56,094 bases of DNA from a virus (lineage: Duplodnaviria; Caudoviricetes): positions 1 to 56,094 of IMG/VR virus record IMGVR_UViG_3300033145_000771, one strand, 5' to 3'. The notes under the pieces were generated by a model, which searched no databases, was not told the origin of the DNA, and saw nothing but the letters and a program-made list of their open reading frames with translations. A program made the position numbers and the translations under genes. Below are positions 44,195-54,784 of the stretch, piece by piece; positions within the stretch are counted from its first letter, which is position 1, and each line of letters starts with the position of its first letter.

Positions 44195-46318
44195 TTAACT
44201 CCTTACTGTCTGTTTAATGGCTCTACGAAGTTTTCCATCGGTAGCCATAGCAGAGATAAATACATCCACCGTGTTTGGACCGCTGCGTTGTGCTGTGACT
44301 TCAACAGGCGCATTGTTGGTTATATTTACGACAATATTGCTACTTGCCGATTGTTCAGATTTCGTAAGAACCTTTTCACCTTCGTGCAGTCTGTATAAAC
44401 CAGTTTCTTCGATGTAACCACCTGTCTGTTTAGAAGGCACTGACATTGCCGCCAAAGATGAAAACAAATTTGATATTGCGGGCATGCCCGCGGTTACGTT
44501 GGCTCCAAATGTAAATACAGTTTGTAAGGCAACAGCTATCATAAGCGTGGCTATCATCACAAGAAGTTGCTTGACGACCATCTTTGCAAAATTCTTCCAT
44601 GCATCTTCGCCACCCATCAAAGCATCGACTACGACTGCTCCCATACTTCTGAAAGCATCAGTCAAAACTTCGCCTAATCGTGCACCCCAATTCATGGAAG
44701 ATTCATAGAATTCGGACATACTCATTTTGAGAGCGTCCCAACCTTCAATGCGTGACTGTTTATACCTATCATACTCCTCCTGAAGAAGACCCATTGCTTC
44801 ACTTTCCTCAGCCCACGTGCTGCGTTTTGCCTCCATATAGGTGTTGAGATTCATAATCTTTTCATCTAATGTCATCAAATCTTGAGTTCGTAGCCACTCT
44901 ATATGTTGTTGTGCCTCTGCGGTCGCCGCTGCAAAGTCAAAAGTAGGCATTACGTCTTGTGGTTCAGGCTGCCTACCTAAAATGTCTCCAATACCCGCAC
45001 CCCCAAAGATACCAGGCGTAGCGCCTACTTTAATTGCGGTCGTCCGTATTTCAGCAAGTTTTTCCGCTAACTCAGGTGGTATAAGTTTTTTTATTTCTAC
45101 TGTTGTTTCCTTGGCAAGTTCTTTGATCCTGCCAAGCGTTCCTTCTACCTCGATAAGAGGGTAAGCTTCTTCGAGCACCGGTTGAAAATAACCGGTACTG
45201 AGTTTTGCCGCAGCCATTTTTTGAGCACGAGCCAAATAAACTGCCTCTGCTTCTTTAGTTATCCCGCCTGAAATTTCCATTCCTTCTAAGAATTCTTTAG
45301 TAAGTTCACGAAACTCCAATCCTTGAGCAATCCCACGCTTAGTCCAAACACCAAGATTTCTGCCAATACTTGTAAACAAATCCTCCATGAGTACCATCAC
45401 CGATGCAGCAAAACCTTGAAAAAATACAACAGAAACTTCAAGAATAGTTTTCAATCCCTGCTTCCAATCGCCGTGCATAAATTTAATGAATGTCCATAAA
45501 ACATCTTTCACATAAGTAACTTTTTTGGCGACAATTTCAGCCCACTTGCCAATTCTTGCTTGATTCTTTTCTGCCCATTCCTTAATAGCTATAGCAGTAT
45601 TTTGTATTCCTGGTAGAAGAGCCTTGCCTATTACCTCGGCTACGTCGCCAAGGGCGTTCCACATCTGTCGCAAACTACCTGAAGTTGTCTTCGCTCTTTC
45701 TTCGGCAAGCTTGAACCCTGCAGCAGCAAACTCCGTTACAATTTTCAACTGTTCGGTAGCATCTGTAGTTGATCGTAAAGCAGGAATATATCTACGCAAC
45801 ATTGTAAATTCTCCCTGCTGAGCTAAAGCTATATACATAGCCATAGATTTAACATCTCGTCCGGTTGCTGTTGCCAAACCAATGGACATTTTAGCTGCTT
45901 CTTCTAATTTATCAGAAGTAACTCCAAGACTTTTTTGAAGTTGCATCAACGCCAACACTTCTTCGTCGCCATATATGGTTACTTGTTGTATGCTTGCTGC
46001 AAAGGCTTCAAACCGGTGTTGTAATTTCAATGTCCACTCACCGCTAATTTTCAAAGCTGCCGCCAGCAAGAATTGAGCATCCTCTTGCTTCATCGCTGCT
46101 TTCGTTGCAAGAGTCAAAGCTCCTACTATAGCAAGGGCACCCCACTTTGCATATCTTACCATCTTGTCAAAAGCTGCTTTGAATGAAACAGCCATCTTAC
46201 TAAAGGTTGTTTTGATAGCAGAGACGGTTCTTGTAACAGCTGTTTTAGCTTTAGCTAATTGAGCTGGCAAACCCTTGTCGTCCACAGCAATCTTTACGCT
46301 GGCTGAGAGAAAATTCAC
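44195..46318 (-). CDS. Tail tape measure protein
   Basis: Ala-rich helical; QTGGYI...LHEGEKVL C-terminal motif. Confidence 0.85.
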   Translation of the reverse strand: MNFLSASVKIAVDDKGLPAQLAKAKTAVTRTVSAIKTTFSKMAVSFKAAFDKMVRYAKWGALAIVGALTLATKAAMKQEDAQFLLAAALKISGEWTLKLQHRFEAFAASIQQVTIYGDEEVLALMQLQKSLGVTSDKLEEAAKMSIGLATATGRDVKSMAMYIALAQQGEFTMLRRYIPALRSTTDATEQLKIVTEFAAAGFKLAEERAKTTSGSLRQMWNALGDVAEVIGKALLPGIQNTAIAIKEWAEKNQARIGKWAEIVAKKVTYVKDVLWTFIKFMHGDWKQGLKTILEVSVVFFQGFAASVMVLMEDLFTSIGRNLGVWTKRGIAQGLEFRELTKEFLEGMEISGGITKEAEAVYLARAQKMAAAKLSTGYFQPVLEEAYPLIEVEGTLGRIKELAKETTVEIKKLIPPELAEKLAEIRTTAIKVGATPGIFGGAGIGDILGRQPEPQDVMPTFDFAAATAEAQQHIEWLRTQDLMTLDEKIMNLNTYMEAKRSTWAEESEAMGLLQEEYDRYKQSRIEGWDALKMSMSEFYESSMNWGARLGEVLTDAFRSMGAVVVDALMGGEDAWKNFAKMVVKQLLVMIATLMIAVALQTVFTFGANVTAGMPAISNLFSSLAAMSVPSKQTGGYIEETGLYRLHEGEKVLTKSEQSASSNIVVNITNNAPVEVTAQRSGPNTVDVFISAMATDGKLRRAIKQTVRS

Positions 46319-46373
46319 TTTGACTCCTGTTCAAGGTAATTTCCTGCGGCGTGTTTATAACCTTTTTTTGGCA

Positions 46374-46676
46374 TTAGATATCCTTCTGAGAGCAATTCCA
46401 ACAAAATAAAATATCTTCAAACATTTGTTTACCTTCACCATAGAATTTTACAATCTCGATCACCGCCTGATGGTTGAGTCCTACGACTGTTCCATCCATA
46501 CCTGCCCGAAGCATTTGATTGCGACATAGAGAAAAAAGCTTCCATACTTTACGATTTTCTGGCCATAGTTCTACATAACAACCTTCGCATGGTGGTTCCT
46601 TGTCTCCATAAAGAGCTATGCAGTCTTCACAGCTGGCTGCTCGTCCGGACCACTTGACGAACCGTTCAAGTTTTTT
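46374..46676 (-). CDS. Tail assembly chaperone frameshift extension (gpGT-like)
   Basis: Slippery A AAA AAC at 46670-46676; -1 frame open to 46374 (CEDC...PPCEGC...LWPENRKVW). Confidence 0.75.
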   Translation of the reverse strand, partial: KKLERFVKWSGRAASCEDCIALYGDKEPPCEGCYVELWPENRKVWKLFSLCRNQMLRAGMDGTVVGLNHQAVIEIVKFYGEGKQMFEDILFCWNCSQKDI

Positions 46677-47053
46677 AGTCGCGCCTCCTCAAGTGCCGCA
46701 TTTGTATCGACCAGTTTTTCTAGGCATGTTGCAACAAACTTTAAGAAATCAGTTACCTTGACCAGCTTCCATTTATTTTCCTTCGTACATGCCATCGTCT
46801 GACCGTCGAGTTGAATGCCTTTCCAATCGACGATGCAGTAGTCCCAACGAAGCTTGTTTGCAAGACTCTCGTTTACATCTGGGTCGTCGTAAGCGATTCC
46901 GCGTTTGACTTTCTTCTTGTGCTTCACAGTAAGACGCTCGATCTCTTCATACTTCTCAGATGAACATTCACGTAAGCACACACCACCAGCATCATGGTCT
47001 GCCTCATCGAAGTAAAACCATGTCCCAGAATTATCGCTATTGAAATTGATCAT
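46616..47053 (-). CDS. Tail assembly chaperone (gpG-like)
   Basis: IVDWKGI; between tail tube and tape measure. Confidence 0.8.
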   Translation of the reverse strand: MINFNSDNSGTWFYFDEADHDAGGVCLRECSSEKYEEIERLTVKHKKKVKRGIAYDDPDVNESLANKLRWDYCIVDWKGIQLDGQTMACTKENKWKLVKVTDFLKFVATCLEKLVDTNAALEEARLKNLNGSSSGPDEQPAVKTA

Positions 47054-47093
47054 ATTAAACTCCTGTAAAAACTCTAATTTACTAACTTAACGA

Positions 47094-47870
47094 TTACGAG
47101 TCTTTTGTGGTGAATGACATTGTTTCGCCATACACCAAGCTCGTATCAGCAAGCTTAGCGACCGCACGGTAGTAGTACACTGTTGGCGTGTCTGTAATCA
47201 AATCGGCTGCTGAATCTGCATCATATTCACCCTTATCGGGTGTAGCAAACGTAGTTTCAGAAGCATAAGTTGTCTCGCCGAAACTTTCAGTCGTACCGTA
47301 CTCGAAATAACATTCGATGTCGCCAGCTTCGCCACCACGATGGATAAGACTGCCCCAGAAGGTTACCTGCCCTGTATTACCAGCACCGTAAGTATTATCA
47401 ATCTCACCAAGAGTCTGAACCGCAACCGCTGTGGTTGAACCTACTTGCTCAAGAGAACCATTGACATGCAACGTAGCGCTGAATGTGCCGACACCTGCTT
47501 TATCGACACCAACGTTGTTTACATTGGTGACAATAACATGAGACTGGCCGCCATTTAGGCCGGTCGCACTTGGTGTCATGTAAATAGCATTATCTTTGTC
47601 AGTATAAAGTCTTAGATTAGTAATCTCTGTTGCAGCATCAAAATCAGTTTTGAGTTGCTTCTGGCCTTGGTCTGAATCGACAAGATAATGGCCACTGATG
47701 GTGATATCGCCTCCGACTATCTGCAACGGTAATTGTGGTATGACTTCATCTCCAAATTCATCGACGTCCACCATATTTCTGGTCTCGCCACTGTAATTCC
47801 AAGTACCGACACCGATTTTGTAATCTGTTCCGTACCAAACTGCGCCTTTGTAACCTGCCTTAACAGTCAT
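47094..47870 (-). CDS. Tail tube protein with C-terminal Ig/Fn3-like extension
   Basis: Position; FEYGTT...YYYRAVA...YGETMSF. Confidence 0.75.
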   Translation of the reverse strand: MTVKAGYKGAVWYGTDYKIGVGTWNYSGETRNMVDVDEFGDEVIPQLPLQIVGGDITISGHYLVDSDQGQKQLKTDFDAATEITNLRLYTDKDNAIYMTPSATGLNGGQSHVIVTNVNNVGVDKAGVGTFSATLHVNGSLEQVGSTTAVAVQTLGEIDNTYGAGNTGQVTFWGSLIHRGGEAGDIECYFEYGTTESFGETTYASETTFATPDKGEYDADSAADLITDTPTVYYYRAVAKLADTSLVYGETMSFTTKDS

Positions 47871-47882
47871 AATAAAATCTCC

Positions 47883-48269
47883 TTAATTCTTTTGTAAATA
47901 AAGTTTGTAGGTCACGGCATAATGCCATACATTTTCTTCTTTGATGAGATTAGCAGGACCTCTTTCCATACTAATCGTAGTATAATCTGTTACTATCAAA
48001 TCAAACTTATCGAAAGCTGCTTTCAACAGTTCAAATAAGTTGCAGACTTCCGTTGAGTCAGACTTAACATCACTGAACAAGCTGAACTGTATCAAACAAT
48101 CTTCAAAATCTTCTCCGAAAGTCCAATCAGCTACAACACTCGGCAATGAAAAAACTCCATAAGGAAACACAGCGTCCGATCGAGCTTGAGTACAATAAAA
48201 ATCTGTCAACGAACCAGACAATTCTGTTGCTTCATACCGAGAGTAGATAGCTTGAAAAAGTGTTTTCAT
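47883..48269 (-). CDS. Tail terminator / completion protein
   Basis: FPYGVF, IQFSLFS; position. Confidence 0.7.
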   Translation of the reverse strand: MKTLFQAIYSRYEATELSGSLTDFYCTQARSDAVFPYGVFSLPSVVADWTFGEDFEDCLIQFSLFSDVKSDSTEVCNLFELLKAAFDKFDLIVTDYTTISMERGPANLIKEENVWHYAVTYKLYLQKN

Positions 48270-48676
48270 TTTGCTTTGAATAACCTTTTAATTGCAGCCA
48301 TATTAGCCTCAAGAGCAGGACGTAAATAAGGTTTTGCTGCTTGATTATAATGCCTGCCTAATTTGTCTTTACCTGTAAACCCAAGTTCAATTCGTCTAGC
48401 GTATTCAATATTCGTTCCTATGACCGCCCTTTTATTACTTTGTGGATTGATTTTTGTCTTACCTGCTTTAATCCCTTTCTTTTTATTTTCTGACCATGAA
48501 ACACTGCGTGAACCTGCTGCCCCATACCAGTTTGAGATTATACTACGTTTCAAAGTTCCTGTTAACACAGGGCACATCTGTTTAGCTGTTCGCTCAACCA
48601 TCAAAGCTGCTTTTCTGAGCTTCTGACTGACTCGTTTATCAACCTCATTCAGTATATTTCGAGTATTGTCCTTCAT
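48266..48676 (-). CDS. HK97 gp10-like neck protein
   Basis: CPVLTGTLKRSI, NIEYA..IELG, PYLRPAL. Confidence 0.85.
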   Translation of the reverse strand: MKDNTRNILNEVDKRVSQKLRKAALMVERTAKQMCPVLTGTLKRSIISNWYGAAGSRSVSWSENKKKGIKAGKTKINPQSNKRAVIGTNIEYARRIELGFTGKDKLGRHYNQAAKPYLRPALEANMAAIKRLFKAK

Positions 48677-48825
48677 TTAATTTTCCGATTCATCAGCTTT
48701 CGTAACAACTCCTCACCTTCATTTTTTATACGACTAAGAGTTACCTCAAGTTTGTGAATAGCGTCCAATAGTTTAACTGTTTCATTAGTCAAACCTTCAA
48801 GTTTTTTCTCATCTTTCTTGCTCAT
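48673..48825 (-). CDS. Hypothetical 50-aa protein (MSKKDEKK...)
   Basis: Fills gap; ATGA overlap. Confidence 0.5.
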   Translation of the reverse strand: MSKKDEKKLEGLTNETVKLLDAIHKLEVTLSRIKNEGEELLRKLMNRKIK

Positions 48826-48826
48826 T

Positions 48827-49141
48827 TTATTCTAACTTCCTTAAATCTAAAACTAACTGCCGGTTCAAATTATCGGTATTTTGCACGTCCACAATTTCGT
48901 ATTTCTTGTCATCATATACAACTCTATCATCTGTTGTAATATCAACAACTCTACAATATAGCCGTGCATCCGAAAAATGAGTTGTTTTATCAAAGAAGAT
49001 CTTTTCCGAACCACGTCGCCAAACAATTCGACAAGGCAAATTATTATGCAAGACATTCTCAACTTCTGTCCAACCGCCCATGCCATTGGAAGTTTTTGTT
49101 ATCCTAAGTATGTTGACTTTTATATTTAGTTGCATCAACAA
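48827..49141 (-). CDS. Head closure protein
   Basis: NGMGG, DRVVY...YEIVDV. Confidence 0.75.
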   Translation of the reverse strand: MLMQLNIKVNILRITKTSNGMGGWTEVENVLHNNLPCRIVWRRGSEKIFFDKTTHFSDARLYCRVVDITTDDRVVYDDKKYEIVDVQNTDNLNRQLVLDLRKLE

Positions 49142-49797
49142 GCTCCAAGCATCGGCTTACGCCTTATGAAATTTCTCAATAATCGATCACACTCGTGAAT
49201 GCCGGTAAGAAACTTCTTGGTTCCACGGCTATAACTTGCATCATCGAGCTTATCAGAAACAACATCGTCATAGGCAGTGTAAAGAGTTTCATCGTTTTCA
49301 AATCGGCAAAGAATTATAGCTGCTTGCTTGATTGCTGCAGGACAAGAAGCCCATCCATACGTACCGGTGATTTTGATATTGTTCGTTCCTTTCGGAAACA
49401 ATCCATGCGCATATTTTAAGCGTAGCATCAACTCCGGATCGTCAATTCCACCTGTCGCTGATTCGGGATCAAGGTAAACTGAACTGCTGTTATAAGTCCA
49501 CCAACTTGTATCCAAAGCTATCCCATGAATCAATATTTCGGTCACAGTGAGAATGTTCGGCTGTAAATTAAGAATAAGCAGATCTTGGCCGTTCCCATCG
49601 CAATAAATACTGAACGCTTTGGAGTAAAAATAATCGTGAGTGAGGCTTTCAATAAGCTGTTCCGCTCGATTGATAGTCGCTAACTTCTGCGCTGCAGTAG
49701 CATCGTCTGCCCAATTATCAATGTCAGTATTGTCAATGTAATTACCTTCGGCAGTTGGATCAGTTGCAGCAGTCCCGGTAGTTGTCCAATCACTCAT
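49135..49797 (-). CDS. Head-tail adaptor
   Basis: FPKG..NIKITGTYGW..CPAAIKQA. Confidence 0.75.
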   Translation of the reverse strand: MSDWTTTGTAATDPTAEGNYIDNTDIDNWADDATAAQKLATINRAEQLIESLTHDYFYSKAFSIYCDGNGQDLLILNLQPNILTVTEILIHGIALDTSWWTYNSSSVYLDPESATGGIDDPELMLRLKYAHGLFPKGTNNIKITGTYGWASCPAAIKQAAIILCRFENDETLYTAYDDVVSDKLDDASYSRGTKKFLTGIHECDRLLRNFIRRKPMLGAC

Positions 49798-50456
49798 TAT
49801 GGTGCTACCTCCGTTCCAGGATTAGTAAAATTGTAACCCGCTTTCTGAGACCACATATAGTAAGTTGTTCCACTGTCAAGCATAAACGTAACTTTCCCGC
49901 TATCGTTTGTCGTACCAGAAGCTACAATGTTCGTTCCTGCTTCATCTGTAGTCACCCATACAGCAACACCATCAATTGGATTTGAATCACCGTCTAAAAC
50001 AGTATAGGTTGTAGCAGTAGCTCCTGCTCCAAGTGTTGCAACTGCATCAAGCTGATCAGACAAAGTTTCCAATGTGTCGCCATCTGCTCCCATTATTGTA
50101 GTGATATCTGTTTGCACATCATCTACAACAGTTGAACGAGGCAATATATTCTCACCAACCGGGATGTGCAAGTCGCCATCTTCTTTAGCGTACAATAAAT
50201 AAGCAACATCTTTTGTCCACACGGCAGTAGGCAAAGACAAATACCAATGTCCGTCAGAACGATGAGTTGCTGCTCCAGCAATAGCTTCGGCGGCTTGCCA
50301 GGATGTATCAGCCCCACGATACCACTTGCCGGCATTGTCACCATCTTTAGCCAACAAGTAAAAATTTACCATGCCGGCAGTAATTGGAGTACCATCAGCT
50401 TTTGCAACTAAAGGTAATGACACTACATTAGTTTGTCCCACTAATACTTCAGCCAT
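49797..50456 (-). CDS. Virion structural protein
   Basis: Beta-rich; PIDGVAVW, GTTNDSG. Confidence 0.6.
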   Translation of the reverse strand: MAEVLVGQTNVVSLPLVAKADGTPITAGMVNFYLLAKDGDNAGKWYRGADTSWQAAEAIAGAATHRSDGHWYLSLPTAVWTKDVAYLLYAKEDGDLHIPVGENILPRSTVVDDVQTDITTIMGADGDTLETLSDQLDAVATLGAGATATTYTVLDGDSNPIDGVAVWVTTDEAGTNIVASGTTNDSGKVTFMLDSGTTYYMWSQKAGYNFTNPGTEVAP

Positions 50457-50460
50457 GATA

Positions 50461-50877
50461 TTATCCAGTTAATGTGATTACAAAACTTACTTGAAGCGTA
50501 TCACCGTTTACCAAGAAACGTTCTACTGACAAAGCAGCACCACAAATCAATTTGCCAGCATCATCACCGGTCGTTCCCATGAAGGCATACAACGCACCGT
50601 TCCAAGTACCAGTAGCTGTAAATGTAACCGTTTTTGTAGTGACTTTTCTATCATTAGTTCCAGTTGAAGCTTCTGTGAAATCTGTACCATCAGAAGCCAC
50701 CTGTTGACGGTCATACCCATCAGCTTCAGCAAGTTCAGTTAAGTCTGTGAGCCCATCTGTTTCCAAGACTTCGTCCTCGCATAAACCAACTTCGAAATTA
50801 ACCGGGACAGATTGTACTTCTGTGAAAGCTGTTTCGAGTATATACTCCAAACCTTCTTCTACCACGTCATCTGGCAT
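50461..50877 (-). CDS. Virion structural protein
   Basis: GYDRQ, VTFTATG, GDTLQV. Confidence 0.6.
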   Translation of the reverse strand: MPDDVVEEGLEYILETAFTEVQSVPVNFEVGLCEDEVLETDGLTDLTELAEADGYDRQQVASDGTDFTEASTGTNDRKVTTKTVTFTATGTWNGALYAFMGTTGDDAGKLICGAALSVERFLVNGDTLQVSFVITLTG

Positions 50878-50888
50878 GATTTAGCTCC

Positions 50889-51281
50889 TTAATCTTTCTT
50901 TGCTACTGATTTTGCAGCAACATGAATTTCTTCTTTAATTAAACGAGAACCGTCCTCACGAATCTCCACAGATGATTTGCCCGATTCTACTTTTGTAACC
51001 TTAAATCGAGATTTCTCTTTGGGAATTACAGTAGCAGTAGTTTCAGCATCAGCAGTAGCGCCACATCGGGGACAAGTGATCTTATCCGCAGTTGCTATTC
51101 TGGCCCACTTCTTGATGCCTATATTTCTACCACAAGCAGAGCACTTGAGCATGTCCTGGTCACAACCAGTACCATCTTTAATTCCAATTTGCTTTTTGAA
51201 ATTAGCGATGATCGGTTCTTCTTTTTTGTCTCTGTCCAAGCGTCTCTGGCGATGCATCGCCCGTCTTTCTTCTTCAGTCAT
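50889..51281 (-). CDS. Hypothetical Zn-ribbon protein
   Basis: CSAC...CPRC. Confidence 0.6.
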   Translation of the reverse strand: MTEEERRAMHRQRRLDRDKKEEPIIANFKKQIGIKDGTGCDQDMLKCSACGRNIGIKKWARIATADKITCPRCGATADAETTATVIPKEKSRFKVTKVESGKSSVEIREDGSRLIKEEIHVAAKSVAKKD

Positions 51282-51292
51282 AATTTACCTTT

Positions 51293-53107
51293 CTATGAAT
51301 GTGTTTGCCTCATTACCATAAATGCAGCCAAGTGGAATAACGTTCCACCAACCGGTGTATAGATTTCAGTTCCTATTGAGGGTAACATTGTCACTTCTAC
51401 TGCTTTCGCAAGCTCTACCATAGCATGCTTATCTATGCTCGTAACAATAGCAGCGGCAACAGAAACTGCTTTAGCGGTATCAACCATAGCCGATACATCA
51501 GTCTTAGTTATAGCAGCGGCAGCCGAGACATCTTTACCAGTGTCAATCATAGCAGAGATATCAGTATCTTTAGTGACGGATGCAGCAGCCGCGACTGCTT
51601 TACCGGTGTCGGCCATTTGATGTGTGTCAGAACCACGTTCAGTGTATGAACCGTAGGCATCAAAGATCGGGCCATTACCCCAATTTAACTCATTGCCGGC
51701 AACATCTTCAGTCTCTATAATTTCAACTTTAATGTATCGACCTGATTTATCTGTCGAATCATATTCCACCCAGTCATCCGTGTCTTGCCACGTATTGATA
51801 CCTTCAGCAACTGCTACACCCCAACTTTCCTTACTATCGGATACATAAATATCTACATCAATAGGATCATCTGTTTGATTGGAACGACTTCTGAATTTCG
51901 TTAGATTTACACTTTTACCTAAATCAAGAATAAACCAATGCGTATGCTCAGTTGAATGAAACCACCTATAGGCTCCGTCAAGTGCGTACGCTAACTGGGT
52001 TCCATCTTCTTGGCCACAAAGACTATCTATATGTTCACTACCAATACCGTACCATTCTGTGAATTCCTTGACCATAAAGATAGAAGCTGATACTGCTTTA
52101 TTCAAATCCTTCATCGCTGATGTATCGGTTTTAGAAACTGACGCAGCAGCAGAAACAGCTCTATTTGTTTCTAAGAATGTTCGTATATCCGTTTCAGTAA
52201 CAGAAGCAGCAAAAGAAACAGCTAACCCAGTGTCCGCTACATGCTTAGCGTCAATACCAGTAGTTACAGAAGCCGCAAAACTTAAAGCCTTCTCTGTATC
52301 TACCATAGCTGAAACATCAATGCCTTTAGTGGCTGAAGCAGAGAAGTCGATTGTCAATCCAGTCTCTATATATTCTATTCCGCCGGCAGCACCGCTTGCT
52401 GCTGCTGCTACAATAATCGGTAAATTATCCCGCTTGAACATCCGAAGGGAATTGACATAAAGTTGCTGGATTTCGGTGGCGGAGAGGGCACGTTCCCACA
52501 GCATCGGCATATCAATTATTTCTATCGCTGTACTACTAAAGCAGGGCACTGTTTCAAGTATCGAATGTGAGTCGATAACACCGCCAGGCCATGCGGTTGT
52601 ATCCCGAAGAACTCCATCGACATATATCCTAACAAACGCACCGTCCAGAGTACCAACTACATGATGCCAGCCTGGATTATTCTTAAACCCATCCGTCCAT
52701 TTTGCAATAATGTCATTATGTAAGGTATCATTAACGTTGAATATCACATCTTCTGTTACGTTAGTATAAAGACTAAAGGGGTCGTATCCAGCCCCACTCC
52801 ATGTAATCATATACACTGTGCCGGAAACAGCATTGCCAGGAATATAAACCCAACAGGCCGCACTCATAAAAGATTTACCTTCAATGAATGGTTTGAGTTC
52901 CATATTTACCCTGCCACCAAGTAACGCAGGGCCGAATTGCCCGGAAGTCCACTCAGCCGTATCTATTGTACCGTTCCAGTTATTCCCACTCACATCCTGA
53001 ACGGTATTCCCACCGGCCTCATTCATCAACCAATAGCCAACGAGATTCCTGGCGAGAGGATGTCCGCTAAGTTTAAGTAATCTGCCTTTTGGTGGTTTTA
53101 ATATCAT
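51293..53107 (-). CDS. LamG/ConA + repeat stalk + F5/8 discoidin-like virion protein
   Basis: LVGYWLMNE, WHHVVG...IYVDG, RALSATEI; ILDLGK...GRYIKVEI. Confidence 0.75.
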   Translation of the reverse strand: MILKPPKGRLLKLSGHPLARNLVGYWLMNEAGGNTVQDVSGNNWNGTIDTAEWTSGQFGPALLGGRVNMELKPFIEGKSFMSAACWVYIPGNAVSGTVYMITWSGAGYDPFSLYTNVTEDVIFNVNDTLHNDIIAKWTDGFKNNPGWHHVVGTLDGAFVRIYVDGVLRDTTAWPGGVIDSHSILETVPCFSSTAIEIIDMPMLWERALSATEIQQLYVNSLRMFKRDNLPIIVAAAASGAAGGIEYIETGLTIDFSASATKGIDVSAMVDTEKALSFAASVTTGIDAKHVADTGLAVSFAASVTETDIRTFLETNRAVSAAASVSKTDTSAMKDLNKAVSASIFMVKEFTEWYGIGSEHIDSLCGQEDGTQLAYALDGAYRWFHSTEHTHWFILDLGKSVNLTKFRSRSNQTDDPIDVDIYVSDSKESWGVAVAEGINTWQDTDDWVEYDSTDKSGRYIKVEIIETEDVAGNELNWGNGPIFDAYGSYTERGSDTHQMADTGKAVAAAASVTKDTDISAMIDTGKDVSAAAAITKTDVSAMVDTAKAVSVAAAIVTSIDKHAMVELAKAVEVTMLPSIGTEIYTPVGGTLFHLAAFMVMRQTHS

Positions 53108-53110
53108 AAC

Positions 53111-53530
53111 TTAACTCGCCACTGGAACATCGGCTATTTGGAACTTGAATGTGGTAGTCAACGATTGACCAGACTCATTAAGCATCCATATCTTGACAGA
53201 ATCACCCCACTCATTAGCACACAATGTAAACCAATCTCTGATTGTCTTAGATTCAGTAGGTTCTATTTGAAAACTGTACGCAGGATCGTCAAGGTATATC
53301 TGGTAATCTCCATCCGCGACTTCATTCAAGACATAGATTGTCACAAGACCGTCAATAGCACCAGCACCTGCGGTTAAAGAATAGCCAATCTTCACTGATG
53401 TTTTAGTGGCAAATGCAATCGCTCCACTTCCGGCGTTCGCATTATCGATGACCGCCAAAGCCGTCCAATCACCGCCACCGGACTTTTGCACTGCTGCCCA
53501 AGCATCTCGACTAAATCCTGTATTTGCCAT
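53111..53530 (-). CDS. Hypothetical structural protein
   Basis: Coupled in late operon. Confidence 0.6.
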   Translation of the reverse strand: MANTGFSRDAWAAVQKSGGGDWTALAVIDNANAGSGAIAFATKTSVKIGYSLTAGAGAIDGLVTIYVLNEVADGDYQIYLDDPAYSFQIEPTESKTIRDWFTLCANEWGDSVKIWMLNESGQSLTTTFKFQIADVPVAS

Positions 53531-53829
53531 TATCTACTTGCCTCCCATGATTCAAGAGTTGACTTAGCTGCCTGCTCAAGATTCGTTATCATTTCATTGA
53601 TTCTTGTAGCCTCTTGCTCTGCTTCCAAGACTTTATTTTTAACAGTTTCCAACAATGCCTGCCGTATGGTTTGAGTTTCCTCCGGAGTGTCTCCCGCTAT
53701 AATCGCGTTTGAAAAACTAAACTCCATAGGAGTCAAAGCACTTTCCGTATCGGTTCGCGTGAAAGTTATAGTAGCTCTTTTAGCAGACACTTTTACATCG
53801 CTGATTTTGGGATCCCAGTTAATTGCCAT
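53530..53829 (-). CDS. Hypothetical protein
   Basis: AAGGAG RBS. Confidence 0.65.
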   Translation of the reverse strand: MAINWDPKISDVKVSAKRATITFTRTDTESALTPMEFSFSNAIIAGDTPEETQTIRQALLETVKNKVLEAEQEATRINEMITNLEQAAKSTLESWEASR

Positions 53830-53847
53830 TATTTACTCCTTTTTTCC

Positions 53848-54381
53848 TTAAACTACCCCTACGTTGCCATGAAAAGCTTTGTCAACATGTTCACACCAAT
53901 GCAAACGCATGGTTGCGTATACGTCAGCAAAAGTTTCAACAGCTACAATATATTTTGTGTTCGGCTTCAGAATATATGCTCGCCTTCCTTCTGATCCACC
54001 TGTAAGCGCACTAAATTTATCAGTTGCACCAATCCGAGAAGCTTTAATCGTGATAGCTCCATCTGTTGAACCTCCGGAAACGCCTCTATGCACTACAACA
54101 GTTGCAGCAGCAGGAATTCCAACACGATTTCTGTTAACAGGTGTTAACGCTGTTGTTCCTGTTCTGTCTGCTCCTTCGGTTACAAGAACAGACTGTTCGC
54201 CTGTGCACAAAAAGTCAAAGATTATACGAGCGTAAACTTTAGTATTCGGAGTAGTAATCATCCATTTTTGAGTAGTAGTGTTAACATTCAAAACATCATC
54301 TACCTTGAAGTCTTGACCTTCTCCAAGTTCATGTTCTTCATGTGTAACTATAACTACTGAACCTGTTGTTGGATCAACCAT
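53848..54381 (-). CDS. Hypothetical structural protein
   Basis: EHEL.EG, ILKPNTKY. Confidence 0.6.
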   Translation of the reverse strand: MVDPTTGSVVIVTHEEHELGEGQDFKVDDVLNVNTTTQKWMITTPNTKVYARIIFDFLCTGEQSVLVTEGADRTGTTALTPVNRNRVGIPAAATVVVHRGVSGGSTDGAITIKASRIGATDKFSALTGGSEGRRAYILKPNTKYIVAVETFADVYATMRLHWCEHVDKAFHGNVGVV

Positions 54382-54487
54382 TTCAATTAGCTCTCGACGT
54401 CCAGCCTATCAACAGTCATATTTGTACCGGGTATAGTAATAACTCGTAAACTAACAGGTGTAATTTCAACATCGTAAATTTGCATTT

Positions 54488-54784
54488 TCAATCTCCTATT
54501 AAATTACCCTGCCTATCTCTCGGCCAGATACTTAACTTTGATTTACCAATACCTCTGGCCATAATTTTCCGAGGTATCGGACCGCCTTCTCTGGTAGTAT
54601 ATCCTGCTTTGTGGCTACGAATATTTAATTCCTGCAAATAATCCCTTTGAGGCATACCTCGCAGTTCAGGATTTATAATATCCATCGTTCTTGGGTCATC
54701 AGCCATAATAGTATAATTCCGTGACAGCTGTTTTTCACGGCACAGCTGCCGAAGCCGTTTAGAAGGGGAATTATGTTTTTTCAC
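54488..54784 (-). CDS. Hypothetical protein
   Basis: GTGA overlap. Confidence 0.5.
   Translation of the reverse strand: MKKHNSPSKRLRQLCREKQLSRNYTIMADDPRTMDIINPELRGMPQRDYLQELNIRSHKAGYTTREGGPIPRKIMARGIGKSKLSIWPRDRQGNLIGD

Noticed and set aside
38965-53107. Diversity-generating retroelement targeting tail or LamG genes
   Set aside because: No reverse transcriptase and no template/variable repeat pair seen
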